Below are positions 49,630 through 61,563 of a stretch of DNA of 64,000 nt, in pieces. The stretch is from NCBI GenBank assembly GCA_905178155.1, contig CAJINV010000005.1, positions 6,594,153 through 6,658,152 of the forward strand, given 5' to 3'. The notes below the pieces were generated by a model that did not search any database, had not been told where the DNA came from, and saw only the letters and a list, made by a program, of their open reading frames with translations. Source of the DNA: Amoebophrya sp. A120. Its lineage: Eukaryota > Protista > Dinoflagellata. Made by a program: the position numbers and the translations under genes. Within the stretch, counting starts at the first letter, position 1, and the number at the start of each line of letters is the position of its first letter.

Positions 49630-51090
49630 GTCAACAGCATGTTGGGGGATTTGTTTACAGAGATACGACTTCAAAGTTCTGTATCTGTGGAGCTTTTCTA
49701 TGGTTTTTGACTCGTTGAGTTAAGTGTGCCAGGTGCAGATCGTGATATACCTTCCTAGAAAATCAACATTTTTATCTCGTGTTTCGTTTTTCTTTATTTT
49801 ATTGCCAAGAACTCACTTGTTCATCAGCGAAAAAGAAAGTCGTTCGTTATGACAGCCAAGAAAATGAAATGCACCAGAAACGAGAAATCATTGTCGTTTA
49901 TTGTCATCCTACTTTTCAGTCTTGTTGAGCTTGATTTTGTCTTCGTCCTGGATCTACTTTTCACTCTTGTACGATCTTGATAGAGCTAGATTTTGGTACG
50001 CGGAAAATCAAATGGCTTCATCGCACCACCTGAATTTGCAATGCTGATTGCCTATCAGTATACACAGAGTTTCTATAAAAATATTCTTAGATGTTATTGT
50101 TTGACTCGCCTCGGATTCAGTAGGATTTCGTCTTCTTCTTGGCGTTGCCACTTCACAATTCAAACACTCACTGTGTAGACGAGCTTATTTCAATTTCCTT
50201 CTACTAGTAGGTGTAGGATGGGGAAAGACTATTGCAATCATGTGTTGTGGCACAACCCTGAAGACTTGAGCTGCACTTGCCTTTGTCGTGAGGAGCTTGT
50301 CTAGATTTATTTTCACGACACGGGGCAGAGGACAATTTGAATTTTCCGGAGCTCCTGTGTCATCTCTGATGCAAACTCGGAACCAGAACTTCCTCCGCTT
50401 CGTGTGATAGACTTGAGATTTTTGTCTACAAAAATGATTTTCAAGCTTTTCGAAGTTTCTTGAACTTTTGCAACTTATGCCCGATTGTCTTTGACGATCA
50501 ACCACAGTAGGGATCCGCGTCCCCGCAGCAAAGACCGCCGGGCCAGCATGCAAAGCTGCGATAGTCAGTTGATACATTAATTGTTCGGAAAATTAGTCTT
50601 TTCGAACATGGTTTTATTTGTGCGCGGAAAGCTGCACCCTGTAATGGCGTTTTCTATTTTGTGGTCAGAGTTGCACGCGACATGGCGCGGACAGAGTCGA
50701 GGTCCACTTTTCACTCGATTCATCCGTCGAGAGCCATGTTTGTACTGTGACGAGCGATGGTCGTGATGGCGAGAGAGAGCGAGAGAGGGCGTAGTATCGA
50801 AGTAGGATTTCACAAGATGTCCGCGAAAAATAAGGGCGTGGCTGCGACCAAGATATTGATTCGTCTCACAGCCTCGTTCGCATGCCGCTAGAAGTCGTGA
50901 TATTGTTGCTTCACGGATGAGCAAAAAGCAAGGTCTATAAGCTTCGTGAAGCCGAAAAACTACAAAGCAAATCTGCGGCATCAAGTGCAGCGTGATGGAT
51001 ACTTATACCAGTTTGCGTGATGGTTGAAAGTTTGAAAGTAAGCCGAGATAGTGAAGTTACAAAATCTTGAAGTGAAACAACCACCAACAA

Positions 51091-54000
51091 ATGCAGCCTC
51101 CGCAGCAGAACCGCAACCGGCCCGGCACGGCGGTGGGACCGCGCAGTGCCACGCTGGTTCGCGCGGGGTTGCAGGACCAGCGACCGAGGTCCGCGTCCGG
51201 GACCAAACTACCGCAGCGCCCCCGATCCGCCGCCGCCGCGGCCGTGCTACAAAATCGCGTGAATCAGCTCGAGCAGATGCTGGACCTGCAGCGCAACGAG
51301 TACAAGGAGCGGGTGGAGCGGTGGGACCAACTGCTGAATCGCAAGTTCACCATGCCGGTTCTGGGCGCATCCGGTTCCGGTGGTCACGCAAGTGTGAAGC
51401 TCAAATCCCTCGAAGAATACGTGGCCGACGAAGAAATGAAAAATTCGACCGAAGCAGGTGGCAGGAATAATAGAGCAGCGGGCACTAGCAACGGTAAGAA
51501 CAAGGAAAACAGAAATACAGCCAACGTGGGTAATCACAACAATATCGCTATTGCTCGAAACAATAAGTTGAATCGCAACAAGTCGGCCGGGCGAAAGGGA
51601 AACAAGAGGAGTAAGCAAGGCGGACTGGTAGATGGGGGCGGAGCTGCAGCATCTTCCCGAAACAAACAATCGCACAACCAGCAGCAATATCTTGGGCAAA
51701 AGTGAGTATCGTACTCGTGTATGCAATTCTTGCGACCGTGAACAAGGTGAACCTTCTTGACAGATTTGACTTCTCGAAACATTTTAGCATGCTATTTGCT
51801 TACGCTAGTCCGATACTTTTCCTTTTGCAATGCATAAGGAAAACACGACGACCCATAATAGGATGCGTGTGGAAGGGAACAACGAGCTAAACTCCAACAC
51901 AACCTCCGTCGAGGACTCTACCAGCACCGAAGAAAACGCCGTCGCTACCATCGACGCGCTGAAGCCGCCGCCCGATATCGTGCAGCACCACTCGCACTTA
52001 TTGCTTGACGTGGAGGGTGTATCCAAGAAAAAAACTGTATTAGTGTAAGTCTTTTGGGAAAACAGCATCACAAGTTTGTCTGCAATGACAAGAAACGCTT
52101 GCTATGCGCAGATAGGAAGGCAAAACACATAGGAAGCGAGCCGATCATGCATGTCGAGCATGACAAGTGTAAACTCTTTTGCATTTTCTGCATAGGAGAT
52201 TTACACTCGCACTGTTTTTCTCTTGCATAGGGTGACGAGGAGGATTCCGCTGGAGTAGAGCAGCGGCAGATGGAGGACGGAGATCGGAATAACCACCACC
52301 CGGGGCGGCCCTACGGAACAAACACCGCGCCGTTGGGGTCCTTCACCTTCTCCAGAGACGGGCGCGACACGGATGTCGAAAACGGTGGTCTTCACACTGC
52401 TGGTGGCAACGACAACATGCAGATCGAGCAGAACAACTACGATGTTGAACCGGAATTCGGGATGGGCCCAGCGGCAGGAACTACTTCCAGTAGAAATGCT
52501 GCTACAGCAATATTACAGGGAACAGCAGCAATAGGAGGACAGCAACAGAACAATATTTATCCTGCAGCGACGTCTCAACACCTCTACAACCTCCCCTCGA
52601 GCGCCGGAAATACAACAAATAAAACGCCTTCCTCGCCAAGCTCCTACCGTGGTCAGCAGCACTTAGGAGGTGCAGGCACTGTTCCGAAATCGCAGTGCAC
52701 CACCGCCCGGTTTTCAAACGGCGCAGGGGCTATCAAATGCAAATATGTTTGGGTCTGGAAGGATGCGAACTTGTGATGCGTGTCGCGGATCAAACAAAAA
52801 TCTGTGTTGCATGACTTGCAAAAGGTCCCCATTTCTGGCCATGCTGAGTGGGCATTTCTCATGCAGAATAGGCATCACTAAGGGGCTGCAGAACCTGTGA
52901 TGCTAGGTCCTGCATTACAGACTTGGCGGACCTTGGAAAAACTGCATGACAAATCTCGGAATCTTCCAGACCCACACATGTCTGCATTCCATAGACGCGC
53001 AGGACGAGCAATTCAGCTACCGCACCCCGACGAGCGGGGCAGGAGGGGGATTTGGAGGAGCAGTAGTGGTTCCAGCTCTTATATCCAAGAAAAAAACGTT
53101 GTTAGTGTAAATTTGTGATGCGCAACATGCAAAGTAATTGCGTCTGTCATGCTTGGCATGCATCGTAGGGTCCATTAAAGGGCGTTTTCACGTACTATCT
53201 GCGCATGACAGGTTTTTGCTGTCATGCCAGACAAATTTGCAATGCTGTTCCTCCAAGAAAGTTACACCTACAATGTTTTTTTCTTGGATATCTTACAACT
53301 ACACTTGGGACAAATGTTAAAACCGCCACCAGCAGTAGCAGCAGCGCTGCGGCAAAACCGCGTGGGCAGGACGACCAGCAGGAGGCGCAACACCAGCCGG
53401 AACCGAGTCGGACGAGCAGCAGTCAGTTTCTCTTCAACACGTACGAGCCGCCTGATGAGAACAGTGCGACTTCGGATCTGGACGACGACGTGGATCCTGA
53501 CGATAATCCTGGTCAACGAAGACCTACTAGTGGAAGAAACGCTAAAGGCGGCAGGAAGAAGAAGCAGTCCTCGTCTGCGCAGCTGGCGAACAAATACCAA
53601 GCCACGGGCATCGATTTTGACAAGAAAAACAATCCCGCACAACTCGCGGCGACGCAGCGGTCCGCGGCGCGAACATTGTCCCCTAGCCCCGACACCCGTC
53701 GAGGAAGGGCCGGCCGGCCGTCCTCGAGTTCCCCTAGGGGGCCCGCGGGTGCTGGTGGTAGTAGTTCCGCGCAAAAAATGAATGGCGCCAGGGGGAGCAG
53801 TGCGAACAGGAACTCAAACTCGCCGAGTGGAGGTCCTCGTGGAGGGACGAACAAAACGGACAGGACGAACGACGACCCTGGGCCGATGCTGCGGTCGCCA
53901 CCGGGCATGCGAGACCACCGGTTGGGCAGTAATTCGCCGCCGCGGAGTATCGCAAGAAAAAAGTGTTACGGTTACACAAATAGTCCATGCAGGCCAAGCA

Positions 54001-57000
54001 AGACAGACCAGCTCTGTCATGCCGGATATGCATAGGAGCTTCGTTTCATGGGTGCTTTATTCCCTTAGGATTTCTGCATTGCAAGTTGCATTCTCTCTCA
54101 TGCAGAGAAATTTGTGTTGCTGAATCGACAACAAATGTGTAAGTGTAACAGTTTTTTCCTGTGATACGGAGTCACCGGGCCTTGCACCAAGAGCGCATGG
54201 AGGACCTATGCATTGCAAAGATGTCTCGGTCTGGAAGCATGGAGCTTGTAATGCTAGTCGTGCATTCCTGTAAAATCTGTATTGCATGACTATACAAAGA
54301 AGACGCCCTCTTTAGTCATACAAAGCACAGTGTCTCATGCGGACTGAGCATGAGAGAGCGTTCTGCAAACTTGTCATGCTTGGCTGCATTGGCAAATATT
54401 TCAGTCATCCACAGTTCAGCATCACAAGTTTCCAGAGCCAGACATATTTGCATTTGATAGGACCACTTTGCGCACAATTACAATCCCGGGTTCTACGGCT
54501 CCAACAACCACGGCCACGACGTGATGCACATGAATTTCGCGTCTACCCTATCCTGAGCGAAAACGTCCCCATTGTCATGCAGATTTGCAATTACAGGAAA
54601 ATTTGTAATGCGCACTCTTATGGAAGACATTTCCAATCGTGTTTATTTGGAATTTGTGATGCTGTAAACAGGATAAGAAAAAGGCTTTCTGATGCAGCTG
54701 TCCTTGCTAAACTGCACTACAATACACAGAGAAACTTGTCATGCGTGACTCGCAAAAGTTCTGAATTTGTGTTGCTAAGTTCCCAACTTGCCTATGGGGT
54801 GGGGACGGTTTTTCAAAGGATACACCCGACCGCAGTCGGCCGCGCCCGCGAAAAATCGGTGGACGGTGCACGCGCACAAGGAACAGATGCTATGCGTTGC
54901 AAACATGTCCTTGTCTGGATCTGGCAGATTGCAAGTTGTCATGCTGAATCTACACCATGCAATCGCAAAATAAAAATCTGTGTTGCATGAGTACCAAGCA
55001 AAAGGTGTTCGCTTTTGACCAAGTTGAGAGAGGGTTTCTCATGCAGGAAAGGCATGATAAAGACCTCAAAGAGTCTGTCATGCTGGGTTCCCCATTCCAG
55101 ACCTCACGGGTCATGGAAAACCTGCATGACAAGTTTTGCAACCTTCCAGACCCTGAAGTGTTTGCATTTGATAAAAGCAGGCCCTGAGCAATCGACCGCG
55201 GACCGCTCCCTACGGGTCGTCGGCGCACCAGGTGGCCAACCAGCGGGACAAGGACGAGTCCTACAATGCGCTCAGCAACCTGCAACAGATGTTCACCAAA
55301 GTGCACAAGGAAAATCAGGTCCTGATCCAGCAAAAGCTAAACGTGGAAACGGAATTGCGCGAGTATTTGTCGACGAAGGAAGGCCACATGGCCAAGCATA
55401 TGGATTGCAAATATGTCTGGGTCTGGAAGATTGCGAAATTTGTCATGCTAGTCTGGCATGACTCTGAACTCTGTGTTGCATGGCCGCGAAGAGCTCCTCC
55501 CCCCTGTCATGCAAAAACGCAGTTTGTCATGCGGAGTACGCAACTCAGAACCATGAACAAAACTTGTCATGCTTGGCAGCACATCATAGTGAGTTCACGA
55601 CTCCCTTTCTTGCATCACAAGTTTCCAGATCCAGACATTTTTGCATTTGATAAAGGAAATATTCGAACAACGGGATTTGGTGAAGTCCTTGCGCACTCGA
55701 CTTTACAACATGGAGCAGGATAACGTGCGCGCGACGGCGAAAGCTAAGCGGTGTGAAATATCAAATGCAAAAATGTCTGGGTCTGGTTCTGGAAGAACGC
55801 AACTTGTGATGCTGCATTTGGATGTCTAAAAAATTTGTGTTGCATGAGCAGCAAAAGGATTCTAATTTTTGCTACGCGGAGAGGGCATTTGTCATGCGGA
55901 ATAGGCATCAAGAATCCCTCAGAAAACCTGTGATGCTAGGGCATGCATCACAGATCGATCATGGCTCATGCAAACCGTGCATGACAAGTCTCAGAAAAAT
56001 CTTCCAGACCCAGACATTTTTGCATTTGATACGAAAGAAGGGCATACGAAGAAGAAATGTTCCTGAAGCAAGCGTATTTTTAGATTCTTCTTTTTGTTGT
56101 CATGCGGGATGACAAGTATAAATGCAAAAATGCATCACAAGAAAATTGCTTACTGGTGTCATAATTTTGCGCATCAGAAATCCACATCTTATATCAGCAT
56201 GAAGGAGATTATCGAAGCGTCAGGATTGAAATCGTCAAAGTTGAAATAACTTGCAATGCATAAAATCGATACCAGTTCGAAGCCCAATTTCCAAGCGGCG
56301 CATGACAAATTTCCCGAGCACCGGAATCCAATTTGTCATGCTGTTTGGGCACAGACGACTGCTTTTGTCATGCTACTTTAGCAGCTCTATTTCAAACCCT
56401 AAACAGGCTGACAGTCGGCCTCACTTGCCATCCCGGCAAGACAGGCACTTCATGCCTTGCATTTCATGCATGACAAATCATTTCAACTTTGTCGATTTCA
56501 CACCTGACGCTTCCATAGAGATCGAGACTCTGAAGCAAGTAACGGTGGAACTGCAGCGCATGAATTTGGAGCTACATTTACGAAAAGTTGCGTTGCGGGC
56601 GAGCCAGGACATAAACTGGTTGTCATGCGAATTGTCATCATGCTGGATCTGGAAATAAAGCGCCAGCCGCTTTTTTTCTCTCGCGCGCGTGAGCAAGAGA
56701 GCACCAGCAACCGGCCGCTATTGCATAGACATGACAGCAAGTTTGCTATCTATGTGTTGAAAATAATAAATTTGATGTTCTGCCTCTCGTCCGCTTTCCT
56801 CCCTTCCATACACGGAATCCCCCCAAATGAAGCTGATTGAGCAAAAGCTGTACAAGTTTCAGAAGGGCCTCACCAAACGCACGAAGGAGCTGAACGACCA
56901 GAACGATGCCCAGGATGAGGCGGTGCAGGAGATTTGGGTCCGGGTAGAGAAGGTGAACACCAAGGTGGACGGGCTCTACGCAATGACGGAAGCGGTATTT

Positions 57001-58249
57001 GGTTTGTGTTGTAGATGGGAATTGCAAAAGAAAGGCGCTGTATCATGCACTAAGATCGAAGAAAATTTCATTGAAAAACAAAGATCTGAATCAGTCTACC
57101 AAGAAGAGATACTTAATTACTTGCCCGAGTCTCGACCTACTTCTCCGTGAAACAAAATCCAGCTGCAGCAAGACCGGAATGAGGCGGGCGTGTTGCTGAA
57201 GGTCGGGCGGGAGCGGATCAAAGAGTGCAAGCAGACGTTGCAGAAACTGGCCCAAGACTTCCATACGAACTGCAACAGTATCGTACTCGTAGTATCTATT
57301 GCAACACAAATTAGCTCAGCACGACAAATGGGATTTCTCATGCTGATCGAGCTTGAAAAAGAAATTTGTCTTGCATGACTGCGATCAGTACGACGAGTGC
57401 GATACTTTTGCACAGGATGTTCCAACAATTGAAGCAAAACGCGGACGACTCGGAGCGAAAATACCAGCGAATCTTGAAGCGTCAAGACGAGGAAACCAAC
57501 AAGATCAACGCGCTGCAGCGAACGTACAGGGAGATCCTGGAGGAGGTGGTGGGCAATAACAAGTGGTACAAGCGAACGAATAAGGATTTGGAAAACGAAA
57601 ATGCGCAGTTGAAAAAGGAAAACACGGAACTGCTAGAGTCGCTGATGGCCTACTTGATGCTGAACCAGCAGTCTTCGCTCCTGAAGGGCAAGGCGAAGAA
57701 AGCGCTAGATCCGTTAACCGTCACCGCGGAAAAGAAGCGGGTGCCACCCCCGTTGGACAACCGGAAAGCGATATGCATTTTGCAAATACTTGTGTCTGAG
57801 GCTGGATAATTTGTGATGCGAAAGTTGAAGGACAGGAAGATCTGTGATGCATGGCTAGGAGTGGCGGCGCCTTTTGTGTCGTGGTGGAAGAGAGTTTGTC
57901 ATGCAAAGCCCGGTACTAGAAATCGCTTCGCAATGCTGGGATCCGAAAAATTTGTGTTGCGCTAATGCCGTACAAAGCATCGCCCTTTCATGCCACACTC
58001 AGCATGACAGGCGGCGCACTTTCAAGTATCCAGGCCCAGATCGTCGAAGATATTTGCATTGGATAAGCGAACGAGAAAGACGATGACGGCAACGCGCACA
58101 AGAGCAGCATCTCCACGCAGCCCTACCCCATCCACGAGCCGATTGACTTGCCGCCGCCGCCGGAGGGGGCGTTGCTCAGTCCACGGGTCCTGGTGGAGGG
58201 GAAAAACGTGCCGATTTTGCTTGGGGAAATTGTGGATGTGAACTGTTAG
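51091..58249 (+). CDS. Large coiled-coil/low-complexity hypothetical protein with at least 12 introners
   Basis: Coiled-coil-like exons (LQNRVNQLEQMLDLQRNEYKERVERW, LQQMFTKVHKENQVLIQQKL, NKDLENENAQLKKEN). The last exon ends GEIVDVNC* after element removal. Some introns at 56-57 kb not resolved. Confidence 0.65.
52020..52229. mobile_element. Introner family B
   Basis: TIR; TSD GGGTG. Confidence 0.87.
52731..52993. mobile_element. Introner family A
   Basis: TIR; TSD GGGGC/GACGC. Confidence 0.85.
53082..53290. mobile_element. Introner family B
   Basis: TIR; TSD TCTTA. Confidence 0.9.
53948..54166. mobile_element. Introner family B
   Basis: TIR; TSD CGGAG; similar to 42709 and 31276. Confidence 0.9.
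54207..54459. mobile_element. Introner family A
   Basis: TIR; TSD GGACC. Confidence 0.88.
54549..54822. mobile_element. Introner family C
   Basis: TIR; TSD TACCC/CACCC; inverted relative to 9189. Confidence 0.86.
54891..55173. mobile_element. Introner family A
   Basis: TIR; decayed TSD GATGC/AAAGC. Confidence 0.82.
55399..55652. mobile_element. Introner family A
   Basis: TIR; TSD AAGCA/AAGGA. Confidence 0.88.
55759..56031. mobile_element. Introner family A
   Basis: TIR; TSD TGAAA/CGAAA. Confidence 0.9.
56210..56517. mobile_element. Introner family G, inverted relative to 3734/39554
   Basis: TIR; TSD GAGAT. Confidence 0.88.
57264..57419. mobile_element. Degenerate introner (ends TACG...GATG)
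   Basis: Sub-terminal IR AGTATCGTACTCGT/ACGAGTGCGATACT; TSD TTCCA; restores DFQQLKQ. Confidence 0.78.
57772..58065. mobile_element. Introner family A-like
   Basis: Imperfect TIR; TSD AGCGA. Confidence 0.83.
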
Positions 58250-59620
58250 ACCTAGAAATGTATAGAATTTTATCGAGCTGATATTTGCCGTAGTACTTAC
58301 TTCAGAAGGTTTGATGTACCAGGTCGGTGGATCATACCTCAATTTCAACGTATCTGTATCAACGATTAGAACAATGACCAATAATTTAACAACAACTTAA
58401 AGAATTAGTGAAGACAGACTCCGAATCCAAGACATCTTGTCGTGAAGAATGGTAAAAAATGGACGACGGCAAGTTGAAAAACTACGTCTTGAAAAGTTGT
58501 AACTTGAAATGTACTCTCTGTATCACCTGCTGTAGTGGACAGCTTGCCTTCTGCTCCTGCGGAGTTGCAATATTAAAGAAAGAATCTTCCAGGGAAAATG
58601 TTATGGCTTGTACCCACCAATGAACGAATGTATCAACCGAATCAATATGTGATGAAATTCTTCTATCACAGTCTCAAGTGCTGAAAATAAATCATCAACT
58701 CCTCCTGTTGCAAACGGAGTGCCGGAACTTCTTCTTTTTCTATGTACAAAAAGAAAACGTCGAAACTTATCTTCGAAATAAACGCCTCCCGCGATATCTT
58801 CGATGTCGTAATTGTCTTTCAGAACTTCTTATTTCCACTTTATTGCTACCACTGTTCCTGTTTCACTGTAAGTAGAGCAGTTTCACTGAGATGAAAGTAG
58901 ACAATGCCTCGCTCCTGGCCTGACACGAATTCGAATGCTGGTGAAGGTAGAGAGCTACAGGTGAAAGCCAGTAACAAACTGTACCTACGCACTAGAAGTG
59001 CGACAAAATCAGGGAAAAAAATTACGAGGGCTTGTGTTGCTGATTTTGGTTGATTGAGCAGACTTACACAGCAGCGGCGGCGTAGTGTTCTACTACAGAA
59101 TGTCGTGTTTCAGATGTAATTCTCTCTGTTCTTGATCGTAGATAGCTTAGAAGTCCGGGGAAAACGTCGCAAAAAAACCGCCATCGCATTGATAGTCACC
59201 AGTTACTTCCGTGGACACAAACCTACCGTAAGTACAAGGGTTCGGCCTCGAAGAACTGTATCGAGTCTTAGCACACATCCAACCGAGGTCGAGAGGGGTC
59301 GGGTGCGGGGTTTTAGCTTGAAATTTCGTGCCTAGTAGTTCCTCTGCGATATCGTCCATGATATTCGTCGACAAGATCCAAATCGATTTGTACGGGCGTG
59401 AGCGAAATTCTTTCATGAGCTGTCGTGGTAGTGTCAAAAGTACTTTTCTTCAATTCCAATTGTGGTTGCTTATGGGCACTTTCATTCGATCAGATTCATA
59501 TGATTGCTGTGCTTCATCATCCGAAGTAGAATTGGGCGAGATTTTGAATATCGTGTTCGAAATCGAGACACGACAAGTTTGAGTTTCACAAAACTTAAAG
59601 TTTCGTCTGAGAAACAAAAT

Positions 59621-61539
59621 ATGCGAATCGCAAAGCAATCTTCCCGTCTCACACTCCTCCGCGAGCTGTTTCTGTTGCAGCAAGCACACGAGCAGGGCGG
59701 CAGACCAGTCGTACACGGTTACCAGGAAAACAAAAAACGACTTCGGGGAACCGCGAGAGAAGCGCGCGAGACGGAGGAAAACGCTTTCTCCGTTGTTGCG
59801 GAAGGCAATAAAAAAGGCGGTGGCAAAAAAGAGAAGAACAAGGAGGGACGAGGTAGTAAAAGAGACAAAAAGAAGGATCCAGATGAAAATCAAGAAGGCG
59901 GAGCAGGGGATGCAATTGCGGACGCGGTGGACACGCAAGATGAGAACAAGAAGACGAGGAGGAAGAAGGCCAGCAAAGGCAAGCCAACAGAGGCGGCGAC
60001 CACAGATGCAGAAATAGGGCCCGACGGCGGGGTATCAACTGTAAAAATGTCGGGGTCTGGAAGAGTATTAAACTTGTCATGCAGGTTTTCCATGACGCGT
60101 GAGGTCTGCGTCTGGAATGCGGGACCTAGCGTGACAGAGTCTGTGAGGTCTCTGCTATGCCTATTCTGCATGAGAAACTCCCTCCGAACTTGGTCGAAAG
60201 TGAACAGCATTTGGCCCTCATGCAACACAGATTTTCGCACTATCCGGATTTAGCATGACAACTTGCAATCTTCCAGACCCAGACATTTTTGCAATCCATA
60301 CGGGGCCGCAGCGGAAGTAGACAATGGAGCCTCAGCAGATGCCGATCAAGAAGCGGATAGCGATGAAAGCAGCAATATCCTGAGTAAAAACGTACCCACA
60401 CCAGAGTCAGGATGGGGATTTTGCAACACAAACCTAGGAGTTTTGTGAGTCACGCATGACAAGTTGCACTCTGCAGTGTAGTGCAGGTTAGCAAGTGCAG
60501 CCGCGTCCCAGATTCATCTGCTCATCCTGTTCACAGCATCACAAATTCCAAAACAGGATTGGAAATGGCTCTCATGGGGATGCGCATTACAAGTCTTCCT
60601 GTCTTTGCAAATCTGCATTACAACTCTGGCGTGGGTACGTTTTTACTCAGGATATAGGCGGCCGGAGGTAGGGAGAACGAGAAGAAGCAGCGCCGCAAAG
60701 CCACTACCGATAGTGGTGACGAGAACGCGAATATCAAATGCAAAACAAGTGTCTAGGAGGTCTGGAAGAATGCATGTTTGTCACGCTTCTCTGGCATGAC
60801 TCTTAAATCTGTCATGCACGTTACCCAAGAGCCGCCTTTTTCTGTCATGCAGAAACGCAGTTTGTCATGCAGAATAGGCAACACCTAGAAGCTCAAAAAC
60901 TTGTCATGCTGGGCCAGCACTTGTGGCCTTCTCATGATACGCCACCCAGCATCAGAAATTTCCAGACATCCAGGGATATTTGCATTTGATAGCGAACGAC
61001 GATCAAACGGAACGAGAAGGAGCTGCACCAGCAGCGGACGAAAACTCCTTCGCAGCCAAGTGGCAGAACGTGCGGAAAAGAGCGAGTGAGGGTATGACCT
61101 GCTCAAACGTTAGAATCTCAAACGTTACAATAGAATCTGAGACTTGTCTTGCATATGTGTATAAGCATGACAGACTCGCAGACCGTTCCACTTTCTGCAG
61201 TACAAATTTCGGCATATTGTAGTGCGGTTCGGGACTCCGGAACTTGTCGCGCGCAGTCCTATGAGACTCGGCTAGATCATGCACTTCTTGCATCACAGAT
61301 TTCGACATCGGGGATGAAGAAATACTCGCGATGTTTTCGCGGTTCTGACCCGATGCCGCTCCAGCGCCTGCGGAGGCTTGCTTCCCCAGTGATAATGGAC
61401 AATGGCAATGTCGGTGCGGTTGTTTTAGCATCACAGATTTCGACATTCTATTGCAGCGTTTGAGATTGTAACGTTTGAGCAGGTCATAGGGGGCTGGCAG
61501 TCCTTCAAGGACAGCGCGTTGTCCAGGCTCGGCAGCCTG
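59621..61539 (+). CDS. 5' part of a hypothetical Lys/Glu-rich protein with hydrophobic N-terminus; continuation lies past the retroelement
   Basis: MRIAKQSSRLTLLRELFLLQQ... continues across four introners to EGWQSFKDSALSRLGSL, then meets a fifth element end. Confidence 0.6.
60033..60300. mobile_element. Introner family A
   Basis: TIR; TSD CGGGG. Confidence 0.9.
60376..60654. mobile_element. Introner family C
   Basis: Near-perfect TIR; flanks AGCAA/TAGGC do not match, but +5 removal restores frame. Confidence 0.88.
60732..60991. mobile_element. Introner family A
   Basis: TIR; TSD GCGAA. Confidence 0.88.
61093..61488. mobile_element. Introner family F (TATGACCTGCTCAAACGTTA)
   Basis: ~32-bp TIR; TSD GAGGG/GGGGG; internal repeat GCATCACAGATTTCGACAT twice. 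Confidence 0.9.
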
Positions 61540-61563
61540 TATCCATTGCAAATATATCTGGGC
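61540..61563. mobile_element. Left TIR of a family-A introner interrupted by the LINE
   Basis: TATCCATTGCAAATATATCTGGG directly followed by RT coding sequence. Confidence 0.72.

Noticed and set aside
4094-60991. Recurring peptides MSGSGR, LPDPDIF, KCKNVWVWK and FQTQTFLHLI in many short ORFs
   Set aside because: They are translations of the family-A TIR in different frames, not a protein repeat family.
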